Assembly (NCBI GenBank): GCA_018713795.1
Contig: DVOE01000088.1
Span: 1-48,936, forward strand
Direction: 5' to 3'
DNA from: Candidatus Limadaptatus stercoripullorum
Lineage (GTDB): Bacteria > Bacillota > Clostridia > Christensenellales > CAG-917
Length of the DNA stretch: 48,936 bases
The position numbers were made by a program, and so were the translations under genes. Below the pieces are notes generated by a model. That model made no database searches and was not told where the DNA came from. It saw only the letters and a list, made by a program, of their open reading frames with translations. Below, piece after piece: positions 1-9,282 of this stretch. Within the stretch, counting starts at the first letter, position 1. The number at the start of each line of letters is the position of its first letter.

Positions 1-609
1 GTCGGTCTCGATGAACTGCACGCGGGCGCACGCCTTCGCGAATTCCTCGTACTTGGTGCCTGCGGGGGCAAAGATGAGCATACGCTTGGACTTTTCGCCG
101 AAGCTGACGCTCTGATCGGAGCCCGACCACAAGCCTTTGAGCCCGTCGAAGTCCACCATTTCGGAGGGATACCCCGCGCAGGCTGCGCGGTCGCCGAGCT
201 CGTGCGCGTCGTTGTCGGTGATGAGGATGATGACCTGACGGTCCTTTCTGCCGTTCAACGAGTTGAAGTCGGACTTCATTGCGTAGTACATGGCTTCCAG
301 CCCGTTCTCGGGGCCGTCGCCGCCGCCGTAGGCGTCCACGGCATTGATGTACGCCTGCATGAGTTTGTCGTCGTCCGGGCGCTCGAAGAAGGGACTTTCT
401 GTGATCGCGGCGCTGCCTTCGGACTTGTAGTCGCGGAAGATGACGAACTTGACCCTGAGAAGGTCTATCTGCGAATTGCCCGCGTCGTCGGTGAGCTGGT
501 TGTAGATCTCTGCGTTGATCTTGTTGAGGTTGTTCTTGACATTAGCCATGCAGCCGCCCATGCTACCCGTGGCGTCAAGTGCGTAAACGATGTCGATGTT
601 TCTGCCCAT
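1..609 (-). CDS. von Willebrand factor type A (vWA) domain protein, C-terminus cut by window edge
   Basis: Absent from the ORF track because it has no stop inside the window. Manual minus-strand translation from ATG 609-607 gives MGRNIDIVYALDATGSMGGCMANVKNNLNKINAEIYNQLTDDAGN...AYGGGDGPENGLEAMYYA...RQVIILITDNDAHELG...FIETD. It is open for 203 codons to position 1. It carries a D-x-T-G-S MIDAS-type motif and a vWA-like alternation of hydrophobic strands. Confidence 0.7.
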   Translation of the reverse strand, partial: MGRNIDIVYALDATGSMGGCMANVKNNLNKINAEIYNQLTDDAGNSQIDLLRVKFVIFRDYKSEGSAAITESPFFERPDDDKLMQAYINAVDAYGGGDGPENGLEAMYYAMKSDFNSLNGRKDRQVIILITDNDAHELGDRAACAGYPSEMVDFDGLKGLWSGSDQSVSFGEKSKRMLIFAPAGTKYEEFAKACARVQFIETD

Positions 610-851
610 AATGTTTTCCTTTTTTGTAGTTGTTGTGTGTTCGGTTTGTCGGAGGGTTGATCGCTGCCTTGCGGCGCCGGTTTTTTAGGTTTTGCCTGTC
701 GTTCACCTCGCTTTGTTTTACACGAGAAGCATACCCCGCCGGGCGAAGCGCCCGCAACGGCGATCCGCCTCGCTTACTGCGATAAAGGCGCAAAAATTGC
801 GACGAAAAGCGGCGCACCCACGGGGGAGCGCGCCGCACCTTCAAAAGGCAT

Positions 852-876
852 AAAAAAACCGCCCCGTGGGGGCGGG
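852..876 (-). terminator. intrinsic terminator after the XRE gene
   Basis: Hairpin CCGCCCC-GTG-GGGGCGG, followed on the minus-strand RNA by a 7-U tract (plus-strand aaaaaaa at 852-858). It lies 13 nt after the stop at 889. Confidence 0.7.
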
Positions 877-888
877 AGAGACAGCCTC

Positions 889-1245
889 TCAGAACAAGAG
901 CTTTTCGAGATCTATGCCCGTGATCCTGCTGTACATGATGAGATATTCGAGATCGGGCGAAGTCCTGCCCTGCTCCCAGTTGCCGACCATGGTCTTGGTG
1001 ACGCCGAGCACGCGGGCGAGCTCGCTCTGAGACACCTCGCGTTCGACGGGACGGAGGCAGTCCTCGCAGGCGCCGTCTCTCGTACAATGCTCGGGGGCGG
1101 CGTCCCACTTCGCGGGATCCTCCTTCATCTCCTGATAGCGGCAGAAACAGACATAGCGGAGCATCCGGGGATGGGACTGCCTGAGGTCGCAAAGTCTCCT
1201 GCCCAGCTGATCGTAGTCGATATACGGGATCTCCACTTTTTTCAT
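889..1245 (-). CDS. XRE-family HTH transcriptional regulator with Cys-rich N-terminal region
   Basis: ORF 889..1290 trimmed to the internal ATG at 1245 (MKKVEIPY...), which is preceded by AAGGAG. The C-terminal segment SQSELARVLGVTKTMVGNWEQGRTSPDLEYL is a classic Cro/C1 HTH. The N-terminal 65 aa contain 6 Cys. Confidence 0.8.
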   Translation of the reverse strand: MKKVEIPYIDYDQLGRRLCDLRQSHPRMLRYVCFCRYQEMKEDPAKWDAAPEHCTRDGACEDCLRPVEREVSQSELARVLGVTKTMVGNWEQGRTSPDLEYLIMYSRITGIDLEKLLF

Positions 1246-1338
1246 AGCTGCTCCTTGTCTGCCGCGAAAACGCGCCGTCCCCCGCGGCAAAATGCCGCAG
1301 GGGAACGGACTGATAACGGTCGCTTGTAGGAAAGACGC

Positions 1339-2892
1339 TTACGCCTCCTTCTCGACGATACCGTAACGGTAGAACTCGGTGACGCCGTTCTCGGTGACTC
1401 TGATGAGGCGGTAGTCACCGTTCGAGCTAACATAAAGGCTCGCGGTATCGGATATGCCGGAGATGATGACATTCCCGGTGTTCATGTCGATGACATCGAC
1501 GGCAGAGCCGTTCACAACGGGCAGATAGTTGAAATTGCCGCTCAGGCTCTCGTAGACACTGTACGCCACGGTATAAGAGGTCGTGCTGTTATTTGCGAGG
1601 TTTATCGCCTTGACCGTCATGCTCGAGGCGGAGGAATTGTCTCTGACCCAAAGCACACCGTTCTCACTTATACTGTCGTCAATCGAGTTATGGAGCAATT
1701 CCTCATCTGGGCCGAGGGTGTAGACATGCCCGCCCGCGTAGTTGTAGAAATTGTTGCCGTAGCGATACGCCTGTCCGTCGTTCGCGGACGTGAGGCTGTC
1801 CGCGGGGATGAACGAAGCGATCTCGTCCTTGCCGTCGAACACGGCGGTCTCGCCGGTGTCAGACTTGAGGATGACATTGTCGCCGTAGAGAGATATCCCC
1901 GTCGCGCCCGGCATGAGCGTCTGCAGATTGACATATATGCCGAGGTTCTTCTTGAAGGTCTGGACGACGGGCATGCTCACCTGCTTCTCCTTGTTGATCT
2001 CGGAGACCGTGAGGACGGCGTAATCGGCGGGACGCATCCTGTCGCCGGTCGCGAGGTCGGTCAGAGACGAGAAGGCATTGGTGACGACATAATCGAAGTT
2101 CTTGAACTCCTTGACCTTGTCCTTCTTGATGTCGTAGCGCATGGTGACGATGCCGAGCTTGCCTTCGCTCGCGACATAGCAGTCGTACTTCTTGGCGTCG
2201 TCGGGCAGAGAATAGGTGTACTGCACATAGACATAGTCCTCGATCGTCCAATAAGTAACGTCGGCCACGGTGACGGGTATCTCAAACAGCGAGTAGATGT
2301 TCACCGAACGGACGAAGCTGCCGCTCTTGTCGTAGATGAGACTGAGGTCGACTATGCGGTAGTTGGAAGTGACGATGTCGGCGGTGCCGGCTTCCTCGTA
2401 GGAAACGGAGAAGGGATCGTTGTCGGCGATCGCCACGCCTTTCACGACATTATAGACGGTGCCGTCAGAGAAGGTCAGCTTCCCGTCGTTGTAGGCGTCG
2501 GAGGTGTCGCTGTCCCTGAGATAGCCGTTCGCGTCGTAATAGCTGTAGCCGTCCGTCGGATTGCCGGTGCGGTAGATGCCGCCGCCGACGGAGTAGAACG
2601 AGGTTCTGCTGGTGATAGGCGAAGACGAGCCCAGCGGGAGATAGTAGTAGGTGTAGCCGGCGGAGGTGTCGTAGTCCTGCCACATCACCACCCCGTAGCC
2701 ATTGATTTGCGCGCTTGTGATATCACCGCTTATGGCGGAGAGGCGGTCGTTCACGACGGTGCGCGTGACATCCGCTTCCAGCCCTTCGGTGAGCTTGGCG
2801 GTGTTCTTGACGCCGTTGCAGGCGGTGAGCACCACGGCGAGAGTCAGCACCACGACGAGCACGAGCGCGAGTATTGCTGCTTTGCGTTTCAT
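1339..2892 (-). CDS. lipoprotein of unknown function (517 aa)
   Basis: ORF 1339..2991 trimmed to MKRKAAILALVLVVVLTLAVVLTAC (signal peptide plus LTAC lipobox), with AAGGAGGA upstream. The mature part is Ser/Thr/Tyr/Gly-rich and has no motif I recognise. Confidence 0.75.
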   Translation of the reverse strand: MKRKAAILALVLVVVLTLAVVLTACNGVKNTAKLTEGLEADVTRTVVNDRLSAISGDITSAQINGYGVVMWQDYDTSAGYTYYYLPLGSSSPITSRTSFYSVGGGIYRTGNPTDGYSYYDANGYLRDSDTSDAYNDGKLTFSDGTVYNVVKGVAIADNDPFSVSYEEAGTADIVTSNYRIVDLSLIYDKSGSFVRSVNIYSLFEIPVTVADVTYWTIEDYVYVQYTYSLPDDAKKYDCYVASEGKLGIVTMRYDIKKDKVKEFKNFDYVVTNAFSSLTDLATGDRMRPADYAVLTVSEINKEKQVSMPVVQTFKKNLGIYVNLQTLMPGATGISLYGDNVILKSDTGETAVFDGKDEIASFIPADSLTSANDGQAYRYGNNFYNYAGGHVYTLGPDEELLHNSIDDSISENGVLWVRDNSSASSMTVKAINLANNSTTSYTVAYSVYESLSGNFNYLPVVNGSAVDVIDMNTGNVIISGISDTASLYVSSNGDYRLIRVTENGVTEFYRYGIVEKEA

Positions 2893-2934
2893 AATATCCT
2901 CCTTGCGCGGCGCGCGCCGCGATATTGTATCTCT

Positions 2935-2963
2935 ACTATATGATACCCGGGCGCAAATGTCAA
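2935..2963 (-). promoter_or_regulatory. sigma-70-type promoter for the lipoprotein/XRE unit
   Basis: Minus strand reads TTGACA-17 nt-TATAGT (TTGACA = 2963-2958, TATAGT = 2940-2935), about 40 nt upstream of the start codon. Confidence 0.55.
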
Positions 2964-2965
2964 TA

Positions 2966-2988
2966 CCGCACCGCAAGGAGCGGTGCGG
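2966..2988 (-). terminator. possible terminator hairpin after the ABC transporter operon
   Basis: Perfect 9-bp stem CCGCACCGC/GCGGTGCGG with a 5-nt loop, 13 nt after the permease stop. The downstream U-tract is weak (UAUUGACAUUUG). Confidence 0.4.
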
Positions 2989-3000
2989 CAAAGCGCGGAG

Positions 3001-3960
3001 TCATCGTTCTTCTCGGAAGTATGTCAGCCCCAGCGACGCGGGCGGCTGAGTCTCCCTGCGGCTCACTATGCTGGTCACGACGAGCACCGCCACCGTCACG
3101 AGATACGGCACCATGTCGACTATCTCACGGTTCGCGAACGAAACTTTGAGGTAATTGGACGCGATGGACAACATGCTGAACAATATCGCGCCGAGTATGC
3201 CCCAGTTGGGTCTCCACACGGTGAAGATGACAAGAGCGACGGCGAGCCAGCCGAGCGGTTCGACCGAATTGTACTCTATCATGCCGCCACGGTAGTCCAT
3301 GGTGTAGAACAATCCGCCAAGCCCCGTTATCATGCTGCCGATGAGGGTCGCGGTGTACTTATACTTGGTGACCGAGATACCGGCGGCGTCCGCGGTGGCG
3401 GGATTCTCGCCGACGGCGCGGAGATTGAGACCCGTGCGCGTCTTTTTAAGAACTATCGCGACGATTATCGCTATCGCTATGGCGAGATAGACGAACACAC
3501 CGTAAGAAAAGAACACCGTCCCGAACCAGCCGAGATCGGCAGCAAACGGGAAGGAACGGGTGATAAAACGCGAAGCAGTCGCGAAGTTCGTCGCGTCGAC
3601 GCGCTGACCGAAGAACACCAGGCAGCCCACGCCGAAAGTTGTGAGCGCAAGCCCGGTGACATTCTGGTTGCAGCGCAGAGTTATGGTGATGAAGCTGTAG
3701 ATCAATCCGCCGATCCCCGCGAACAGCATGGCAAACAACATCGGGACGATGACCACGCCGAACCAAGTCATATCGGCAATGTCCGCGAGCGACTTGATAT
3801 AAGCCGCGGTGCCCATGACGCCGCCCACCGCTCCGAGGCACATGATGCCCGGGGTGCCGAGGTTGAGATTGCCGGATTTCTCGGTGAGCGTCTCACCGGT
3901 CGAACCGTAAATGAAGACGGCGCTCATCCTAAGTGCGCTTTGAAGAAAAGTCAGAAACAT
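3001..3960 (-). CDS. ABC transporter permease (BMP/nucleoside-type, second permease)
   Basis: 319-aa polytopic protein: GETLTEKSGNLNLGTPGIMCLGA..., TRTGLNLRAVGENPATADAAGI. This is typical of the branched-chain/simple-sugar permease fold used by BMP-family uptake systems. It overlaps the upstream permease by 1 nt (TAATG). Confidence 0.85.
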   Translation of the reverse strand: MFLTFLQSALRMSAVFIYGSTGETLTEKSGNLNLGTPGIMCLGAVGGVMGTAAYIKSLADIADMTWFGVVIVPMLFAMLFAGIGGLIYSFITITLRCNQNVTGLALTTFGVGCLVFFGQRVDATNFATASRFITRSFPFAADLGWFGTVFFSYGVFVYLAIAIAIIVAIVLKKTRTGLNLRAVGENPATADAAGISVTKYKYTATLIGSMITGLGGLFYTMDYRGGMIEYNSVEPLGWLAVALVIFTVWRPNWGILGAILFSMLSIASNYLKVSFANREIVDMVPYLVTVAVLVVTSIVSRRETQPPASLGLTYFREER

Positions 3961-5195
3961 TACGCCGTCACCTCCTCATTTGTCGCGGCTGTCGCCGCCT
4001 CCGCCACGGGAAGAGCCTCTTCCTCTTCCGTCTCCGCCGCGGGAAGGGACTCCTCCCCTTCCTCCGCGCTCTCCGTCTCGGGCGCGGCGGGAGAGCCGTC
4101 CTTCTTCCTGCTCTTCAGGAAACGGAATCTCACGCGGTAGTTCACGAAGAACTCGCACGCGATGACCAGGAAGAAGAATATGCCGGTGATTATGTCCGCA
4201 AAAGAGTCACTCATCTGGAATGCGACCGCGGTATATGCCGTGCCTTGGTCTATGAACACATAAAGCAGCGAAGTGCCGACCATTATGAGCGGGTTGAATT
4301 TGCCCAGCCACGCCACGAGTATGGCGGTGAAACCTCTGCCGCCCACGGCGTCCACGGAAAGCGAGTGGTTGGTGCCCGCGACGAGCACGAGCCCCGCCAC
4401 GCCGCAGAGCACGCCCGAAAGTATCATCGTCCTGATGATGACCTTCTTGACATTTATGCCGACATACTTCGCCGTGTTAGTGCTCTCGCCGACGACCGCC
4501 AGCTCATAGCCGTGTTTGCTGAACCTCATATAGATGAAGAGCACCACTACGCCTATGACGGCGATCAGCACATTGAGCAGATAATTGTAGCCGCCGAGCG
4601 TCGGGAAATGACCGTACGGGAGCCTGCCGAGTACGCCGGAGCCGTTAGGCACCCAAATGCAGATGCAGTAAGAGACGAGCTGCATCGCGATATAGTTCAT
4701 CATGAGGGTGAACAGGGTCTCGTTGGTGTTCCACTGCGCCTTGAATATGGCGGGGATTACCGCCCACGCGGCGCCGAAAGCTATGCTCATCGCCGCCATG
4801 ATGAGCAGCAGAACGGGCTCGTTCACCTTGTCGCCGAAGTACTTTATGCACACTACGCACGCAAGGCCGCCCATCAGCACCTGCCCTTCCGCGCCGATGT
4901 TCCAGAAGCGCATCCTGAACGCGGGCGCGAGGGCGAGGGCGATGATCAGCATGACCGCGCCGTTTTGCAGCAGGTTCCATATCCTGCGCTCGGTGCCGAA
5001 CACGCCTTCGAATATATTTTTGAAAAACAGTCCGAAGCTCTGCCCATCGACTAGGATCGCTGCGACCACCGCGCCGATGAATAATGCCGCGATCACCGCG
5101 CCGCCGCGGATGAGCCACGCCTGCCACTTGGGCATATCCGTGCGCTTGGATATCTGAACGAGGGGCTCTCTTTCTTTCTTTTTGATGTCAGTCAT
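3960..5195 (-). CDS. ABC transporter permease (BMP/nucleoside-type, first permease) with acidic C-terminal tail
   Basis: 411-aa polytopic protein (FWNIGAEGQVLMGG..., HGYELAVVGESTNTAKYVGINV). It overlaps the ATPase gene by 8 nt. The last ~50 aa are a low-complexity Glu/Ala/Pro tail. Confidence 0.85.
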   Translation of the reverse strand: MTDIKKKEREPLVQISKRTDMPKWQAWLIRGGAVIAALFIGAVVAAILVDGQSFGLFFKNIFEGVFGTERRIWNLLQNGAVMLIIALALAPAFRMRFWNIGAEGQVLMGGLACVVCIKYFGDKVNEPVLLLIMAAMSIAFGAAWAVIPAIFKAQWNTNETLFTLMMNYIAMQLVSYCICIWVPNGSGVLGRLPYGHFPTLGGYNYLLNVLIAVIGVVVLFIYMRFSKHGYELAVVGESTNTAKYVGINVKKVIIRTMILSGVLCGVAGLVLVAGTNHSLSVDAVGGRGFTAILVAWLGKFNPLIMVGTSLLYVFIDQGTAYTAVAFQMSDSFADIITGIFFFLVIACEFFVNYRVRFRFLKSRKKDGSPAAPETESAEEGEESLPAAETEEEEALPVAEAATAATNEEVTA

Positions 5196-7044
5196 GAATG
5201 TCCTCCTCGTCTTCGCCTGCGGGTGCGGCGGTGGGAAGTTCCCCTTCGGGAAGAGGCTCCGCGGCGGGGATATCCTCCTCGTCGTCCGCGCGCTCTTTGT
5301 CCGCCTCCTCGGCGTCGTGCCCCGCGGTCATGAGCAGACCCACCTGCTCCTTGGTCGCGGTCCTGCCGTCGAGCACGCCCGTGATCTTGCCGTCGCATAT
5401 GACGAGCAGACGGTCGCACAGCTCGAGCAGCACATCCAGGTCTTCGCCGACATAGATGACCGCGACGCCCGCCTTCTTCTGCTCGTTGAGCAGGCGATAG
5501 ATGGTGTAGGAACTGTTGATGTCGAGCCCTCTCACGGGATACGCCGCCATAAGCACGGTGGGAGCGGCAGCGATCTCGCGGCCGACCAGCACCTTCTGCA
5601 CATTGCCGCCCGAAAGTCTCCTCACGGGGGTGTGCGAAGAGGGAGTCACGACCTCGAGTTCCTTGATTATGCGCTCGGCGAGCTGCTTGGGGCGCTTGCG
5701 GTCGAGGATGAGCGGGATGCCGCGGCGATAGCTGCGCAGCATCATGTTGTCGATGATGTCCATGTTGCCGACCAGCCCCATGCCCAGCCTGTCTTCGGGC
5801 ACGAAGGACAGCCTGACGCCGAGTTCGCGTATCTGCTCGGGCGTCTTGCGCATGAGGTTCTCGGGCTTGCCGCCCCCGGGAGGCAGATAAGTTATGCTGC
5901 CTGCGGCGGGCTTGATGAGCCCCGCAATGGTCTCCAGAAGTTCGCGCTGACCGCTGCCCGCTATGCCCGCTATGCCGAGGATCTCGCCGCTGCGCGCCGT
6001 GAACGACACGCCGTCCAGCTTCTTGACGCCCTCGCGGTCGGTGAAGGACAGCCCCTCGACAGTCAGCCTGTCTTCGGGCTGCTCGGGCGCGTCGCGCTCG
6101 ATGTCGAGCTCGGTCTTGTGCCCGACCATGAGTTCGGTGAGCAGCGGGATGTCGGCGTCCGCCGTGTTCACGGTCGCCACATGCTCGCCCTTGCGGAGCA
6201 CCGCCACGCGGTCGCTGATCTCCATGACCTCGTTGAGTTTGTGGGTGATGATGATTATGCTCTTGCCGTCTGCGCGCATTGCGCGGAGCACCGCGAACAG
6301 CTTCTCGGTCTCCTGCGGAGTGAGCACCGCGGTGGGCTCGTCGAGAATGAGTATGTTCGCGCCCCTGTAGAGCACCTTTATGATCTCGACAGTCTGCTTT
6401 TCGCTGACAGACATGTCGTATATCTTCTGCTTGAGATCGATGTCGAACCCGTATCTGTCCGCCACCGCCTGCACGGCGGAGACGCGGTTTCTCGCGAGCC
6501 AATTAAATTTGAGCTTTTTCCCGAGTTTTTTGAGCGGGAGCGCGAGTTTGCGTGCCACGAGCAGCGCCCTCCCCTTCCGGGTGTCGGTGCCGCGCACGGT
6601 CTTGACGGGTTCGTGCGGATCGTCGTTGTCGATGAGATACCTAGGCGTCGACGCCTCGGTGCTCAGGGCTTTCGCCTCCTTGCGCACCGAAAACTCAGGT
6701 GCCTCCTCGCCGAGGATGATGTTGTCCGCCGCGGTGAACAGGTCCACCAGCTTGAAATGCTGATGCACCATGCCTATGCCGTGATGATAGGCGTCGCGCG
6801 GCGAACGGATGACCGCGGGCTTGCCGTAGGCGAAGATCTCCCCTTCGTCGGGGAAATAGATGCCCGCGAGCATGTTCATGAGCGTGGTCTTGCCGCTGCC
6901 GTTTTCGCCGAGCAGGGACAGGATCTCACCTTCGTACACGGTGAGGTCGACATCCCTGTTGGCGACGACTTCCCCGAAGCGCTTTGTGATGCCGTGCATC
7001 CTTATGGCGACGGGTCTTGAAGAAGCGGGACGGTCGTTTGCCAT
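5188..7044 (-). CDS. ABC transporter ATP-binding protein, duplicated ATPase cassette
   Basis: Walker A GENGSGKTTL, LILDEPTAVLTP, a second cassette with GIAGSGQRELL, LSGGNVQK signature and an acidic tail. The architecture matches the fused double ATPase of nucleoside/simple-sugar importers. Confidence 0.9.
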   Translation of the reverse strand: MANDRPASSRPVAIRMHGITKRFGEVVANRDVDLTVYEGEILSLLGENGSGKTTLMNMLAGIYFPDEGEIFAYGKPAVIRSPRDAYHHGIGMVHQHFKLVDLFTAADNIILGEEAPEFSVRKEAKALSTEASTPRYLIDNDDPHEPVKTVRGTDTRKGRALLVARKLALPLKKLGKKLKFNWLARNRVSAVQAVADRYGFDIDLKQKIYDMSVSEKQTVEIIKVLYRGANILILDEPTAVLTPQETEKLFAVLRAMRADGKSIIIITHKLNEVMEISDRVAVLRKGEHVATVNTADADIPLLTELMVGHKTELDIERDAPEQPEDRLTVEGLSFTDREGVKKLDGVSFTARSGEILGIAGIAGSGQRELLETIAGLIKPAAGSITYLPPGGGKPENLMRKTPEQIRELGVRLSFVPEDRLGMGLVGNMDIIDNMMLRSYRRGIPLILDRKRPKQLAERIIKELEVVTPSSHTPVRRLSGGNVQKVLVGREIAAAPTVLMAAYPVRGLDINSSYTIYRLLNEQKKAGVAVIYVGEDLDVLLELCDRLLVICDGKITGVLDGRTATKEQVGLLMTAGHDAEEADKERADDEEDIPAAEPLPEGELPTAAPAGEDEEDIHD

Positions 7045-7115
7045 CCTAACCTCCGTAAACTTAAAACGAATGCAAGGCGGGGCAAGCGCCCCGCCTCACA
7101 TGATCTCGGAACTTA

Positions 7116-8408
7116 TTATTCCTTTATCTCGGTGATGCCGTCGATACGCACATCGAAGTAAGGCGCGCTGCGGTAGACGGACTCGGCGAAATAGGTGATG
7201 CCGTTCTCGGTGATGATGACCTGAGTGTCGGGGGTGTTGTTCGCGTCGGTGTCAACATCGGCGAGGTAGCTGGTGAGAGCCTTGCCGCCCACGGTGAAGG
7301 TGGAGCAGTCAAAGACCTGACGGGTGCCGGCGATGAGTTCTGCTTTCACTGCCGCGAGCTTCTCGGCGGTGCCGGCGGCTGCCGCTTTGCCGAGCTCGAG
7401 GGTCATGGCGGAACCGTTCTCGAGGTCACCGCAGTAATCGAATCCGACCGCGGTCACACCGTTGATGGCGCAGGTGAGGAGATACTCGAAGTAGGGCTCC
7501 CAGTTGACTTTGGAACCGGCGATGTAGGTCTCATTGTACTCGGAACCGCCGCCCTGAACATTGCTGTCGGTGGTCGCGACATTGTAAGTCACATTGGGGA
7601 TGTGGGCATCCTTGCAGGCAAGGGGCGCGCCCATGCTGTCGGCATGCTGGCTGATGAGTTTGCAACCGCTGTCGATGAGCGCCTTCGCGGTGTTCTCTTC
7701 CGCGTCCGCGTCATACCAGCTGTTGGTGTAACGGACTTCCATGGTGGCGGCGGGCACTATGGAGCGGACGCCGAGGAAGAAGGAGGTGTAGCCGGAGACG
7801 ACTTCCGCATAGGGGAACGCGCCGACATAACCTATCTTGGCGTTCTCGGCAGAGACCGCTTTGCCGTCGCCGTTACCATACATCTCGGCGAGCTTCATAC
7901 CGGCAGCGACACCGGCGAGATAACGCGCCTGATAAACGGAGGCAAACGCATTGTAGAAGTTGCCCTGGAGCTCGATGTGCGCGGTGGTGCCGGTGGCGTG
8001 CGCGAAACGAACATTCGGGAACTCTTTGGCAGCCTGGAGGATATAGGACTCATGACCGAAGCTGTCCGCGAAGATGACATTGCAGCCCTGGTCGACGAGG
8101 TCGGCGGCGGCTTCGTAGCAAGCGGCATCCTCGGGGATGTTTGTCTTTATGACGAGCTGGGTGTTGACATCGAGCCCAAGCGCGGCGACGGCCTGCCTTG
8201 CCGCGTCGATGAAGTTCTTGTCATAGGTAGACTCTTCGCCATGCAGGCAGATGAGACCGAACTTGATCTTGCTCTTCTCGATGGGCGAGAAAGAGATGGT
8301 GGTTTCACCCGTTCCGCCTTCGTCCTTGGGATCGCACGCCGCAAGCGCGACCGCGAGCGACACCACAAGTGCCAGCACGAGCACGAGTGCCAAGAGTTTC
8401 TTCTTCAT
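7116..8408 (-). CDS. BMP-family ABC transporter substrate-binding lipoprotein
   Basis: Signal peptide with LAAC lipobox. The periplasmic-binding fold pattern (KFGLICLHGE..., GYVGAFPYAEVVSGYTSFFLG) resembles basic membrane protein/PnrA-type nucleoside binders. It is the first transporter gene after xpt. Confidence 0.8.
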   Translation of the reverse strand: MKKKLLALVLVLALVVSLAVALAACDPKDEGGTGETTISFSPIEKSKIKFGLICLHGEESTYDKNFIDAARQAVAALGLDVNTQLVIKTNIPEDAACYEAAADLVDQGCNVIFADSFGHESYILQAAKEFPNVRFAHATGTTAHIELQGNFYNAFASVYQARYLAGVAAGMKLAEMYGNGDGKAVSAENAKIGYVGAFPYAEVVSGYTSFFLGVRSIVPAATMEVRYTNSWYDADAEENTAKALIDSGCKLISQHADSMGAPLACKDAHIPNVTYNVATTDSNVQGGGSEYNETYIAGSKVNWEPYFEYLLTCAINGVTAVGFDYCGDLENGSAMTLELGKAAAAGTAEKLAAVKAELIAGTRQVFDCSTFTVGGKALTSYLADVDTDANNTPDTQVIITENGITYFAESVYRSAPYFDVRIDGITEIKE

Positions 8409-8450
8409 AAATACCTCCGTATTTTGTGCCTTTCGGCTTTGTTGCGTGTG

Positions 8451-9041
8451 TTATGAGGCGGACCCGTCTTCGCTTCGGAACACGATCTCGTCGTCGGTCA
8501 TGGAATCGATGATCGCGAGGGAGTACACCCGCACGCCCTTGGCGCGCAGCTCGTCTCCGCCGCCCTGGAACCCTTTCTCCACCGCGACGGCGCAGCCTAC
8601 GAGCTCCGCCCCCGCCTGCCTCACAAGCTCGATCAGCCCGCGCAGCGCCTCTCCGTGCGCGAGAAAATCGTCGATGATGAGCACGCGGTCGCCCGCGCGC
8701 AGATATTCCTTCTCGACGAAAACCGTGCTCTTCCCGCCGTGGGTGTAGCTCACCACTTCGGTGGTGTAGCAGTCGGAAGATATGTTCGCGGTCTTGGATT
8801 TCTTAGCAAAAAGCACCGGGGCGTGAAAGTGCCGTGCCGCGTAGCAGGCGATGGCAATGCCCGATGCTTCTATGGTCATGAGTTTGGTGACGCCGTCCCC
8901 CGAAAAGTGCGCGTGGATATCCTTGCCTATCTCCTCGAGAAGCCCGTCATCTATGAGATGATTGAGAAAGCCTCCTACTTTGAGCACCTCTCCGGGATAG
9001 ACCTTGCCGTCCCTGAGGATGCGCTCCTCAAGCAGTTTCAT
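8451..9041 (-). CDS. xpt: xanthine phosphoribosyltransferase
   Basis: ORF 8451..9410 trimmed to MKLLEERILRDGKVYPGEVLKVGGFLNH... with GGAGGAG upstream. PRPP-binding motif VLIIDDFLAHGEA. The sequence resembles Firmicutes Xpt over its full length. Confidence 0.9.
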   Translation of the reverse strand: MKLLEERILRDGKVYPGEVLKVGGFLNHLIDDGLLEEIGKDIHAHFSGDGVTKLMTIEASGIAIACYAARHFHAPVLFAKKSKTANISSDCYTTEVVSYTHGGKSTVFVEKEYLRAGDRVLIIDDFLAHGEALRGLIELVRQAGAELVGCAVAVEKGFQGGGDELRAKGVRVYSLAIIDSMTDDEIVFRSEDGSAS

Positions 9042-9243
9042 CCGTACTCCTCCGCGGCTGTCCGCCGCACCCTCCGGTGACGGAGAACTCGCCCCGTCCG
9101 CCGTTCGCCGGGATGGCTCCCGACGCGCGCACCGCGCCGCGCGCCTTACGCGCGCCCGCGCTCGATCAATGAAGTAATTATAGTCGCGCGCGCGGGGCGA
9201 CGGCACCGATAGCCCCTTGGGAGTACAATTATGCGCGATCTTT

Positions 9244-9282
9244 CTCCCGCCCTCTTCCCCGCCCTCTTCCCCGCCCTCCCGC
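9244..9282 (-). repeat. G-rich (minus strand) 12-bp tandem repeat
   Basis: Plus strand reads ctcccgccc tcttccccgccc tcttccccgccc tcccgc. There are two perfect 12-bp units (9253-9276) flanked by partial units. The minus strand carries six G3-4 runs. Confidence 0.8.

Noticed and set aside
5182-7020. 612-aa plus-strand ORF antisense to the ABC ATPase gene
   Set aside because: This is a shadow ORF typical of high-GC DNA. It has an Arg/His/Gly/Asp/Val-rich composition, no recognisable motif and no SD, and it fully overlaps a gene with unmistakable Walker/signature motifs on the other strand.
9042-9240. Guanine/purine riboswitch upstream of xpt
   Set aside because: It is expected from Firmicutes biology, and GACUAUAAU-like strings are present. 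However, the conserved J1/2, J2/3 (UUUCUACC) and loop-loop sequences and a proper three-way junction could not be found. The TATAAT is more likely a -10 box.
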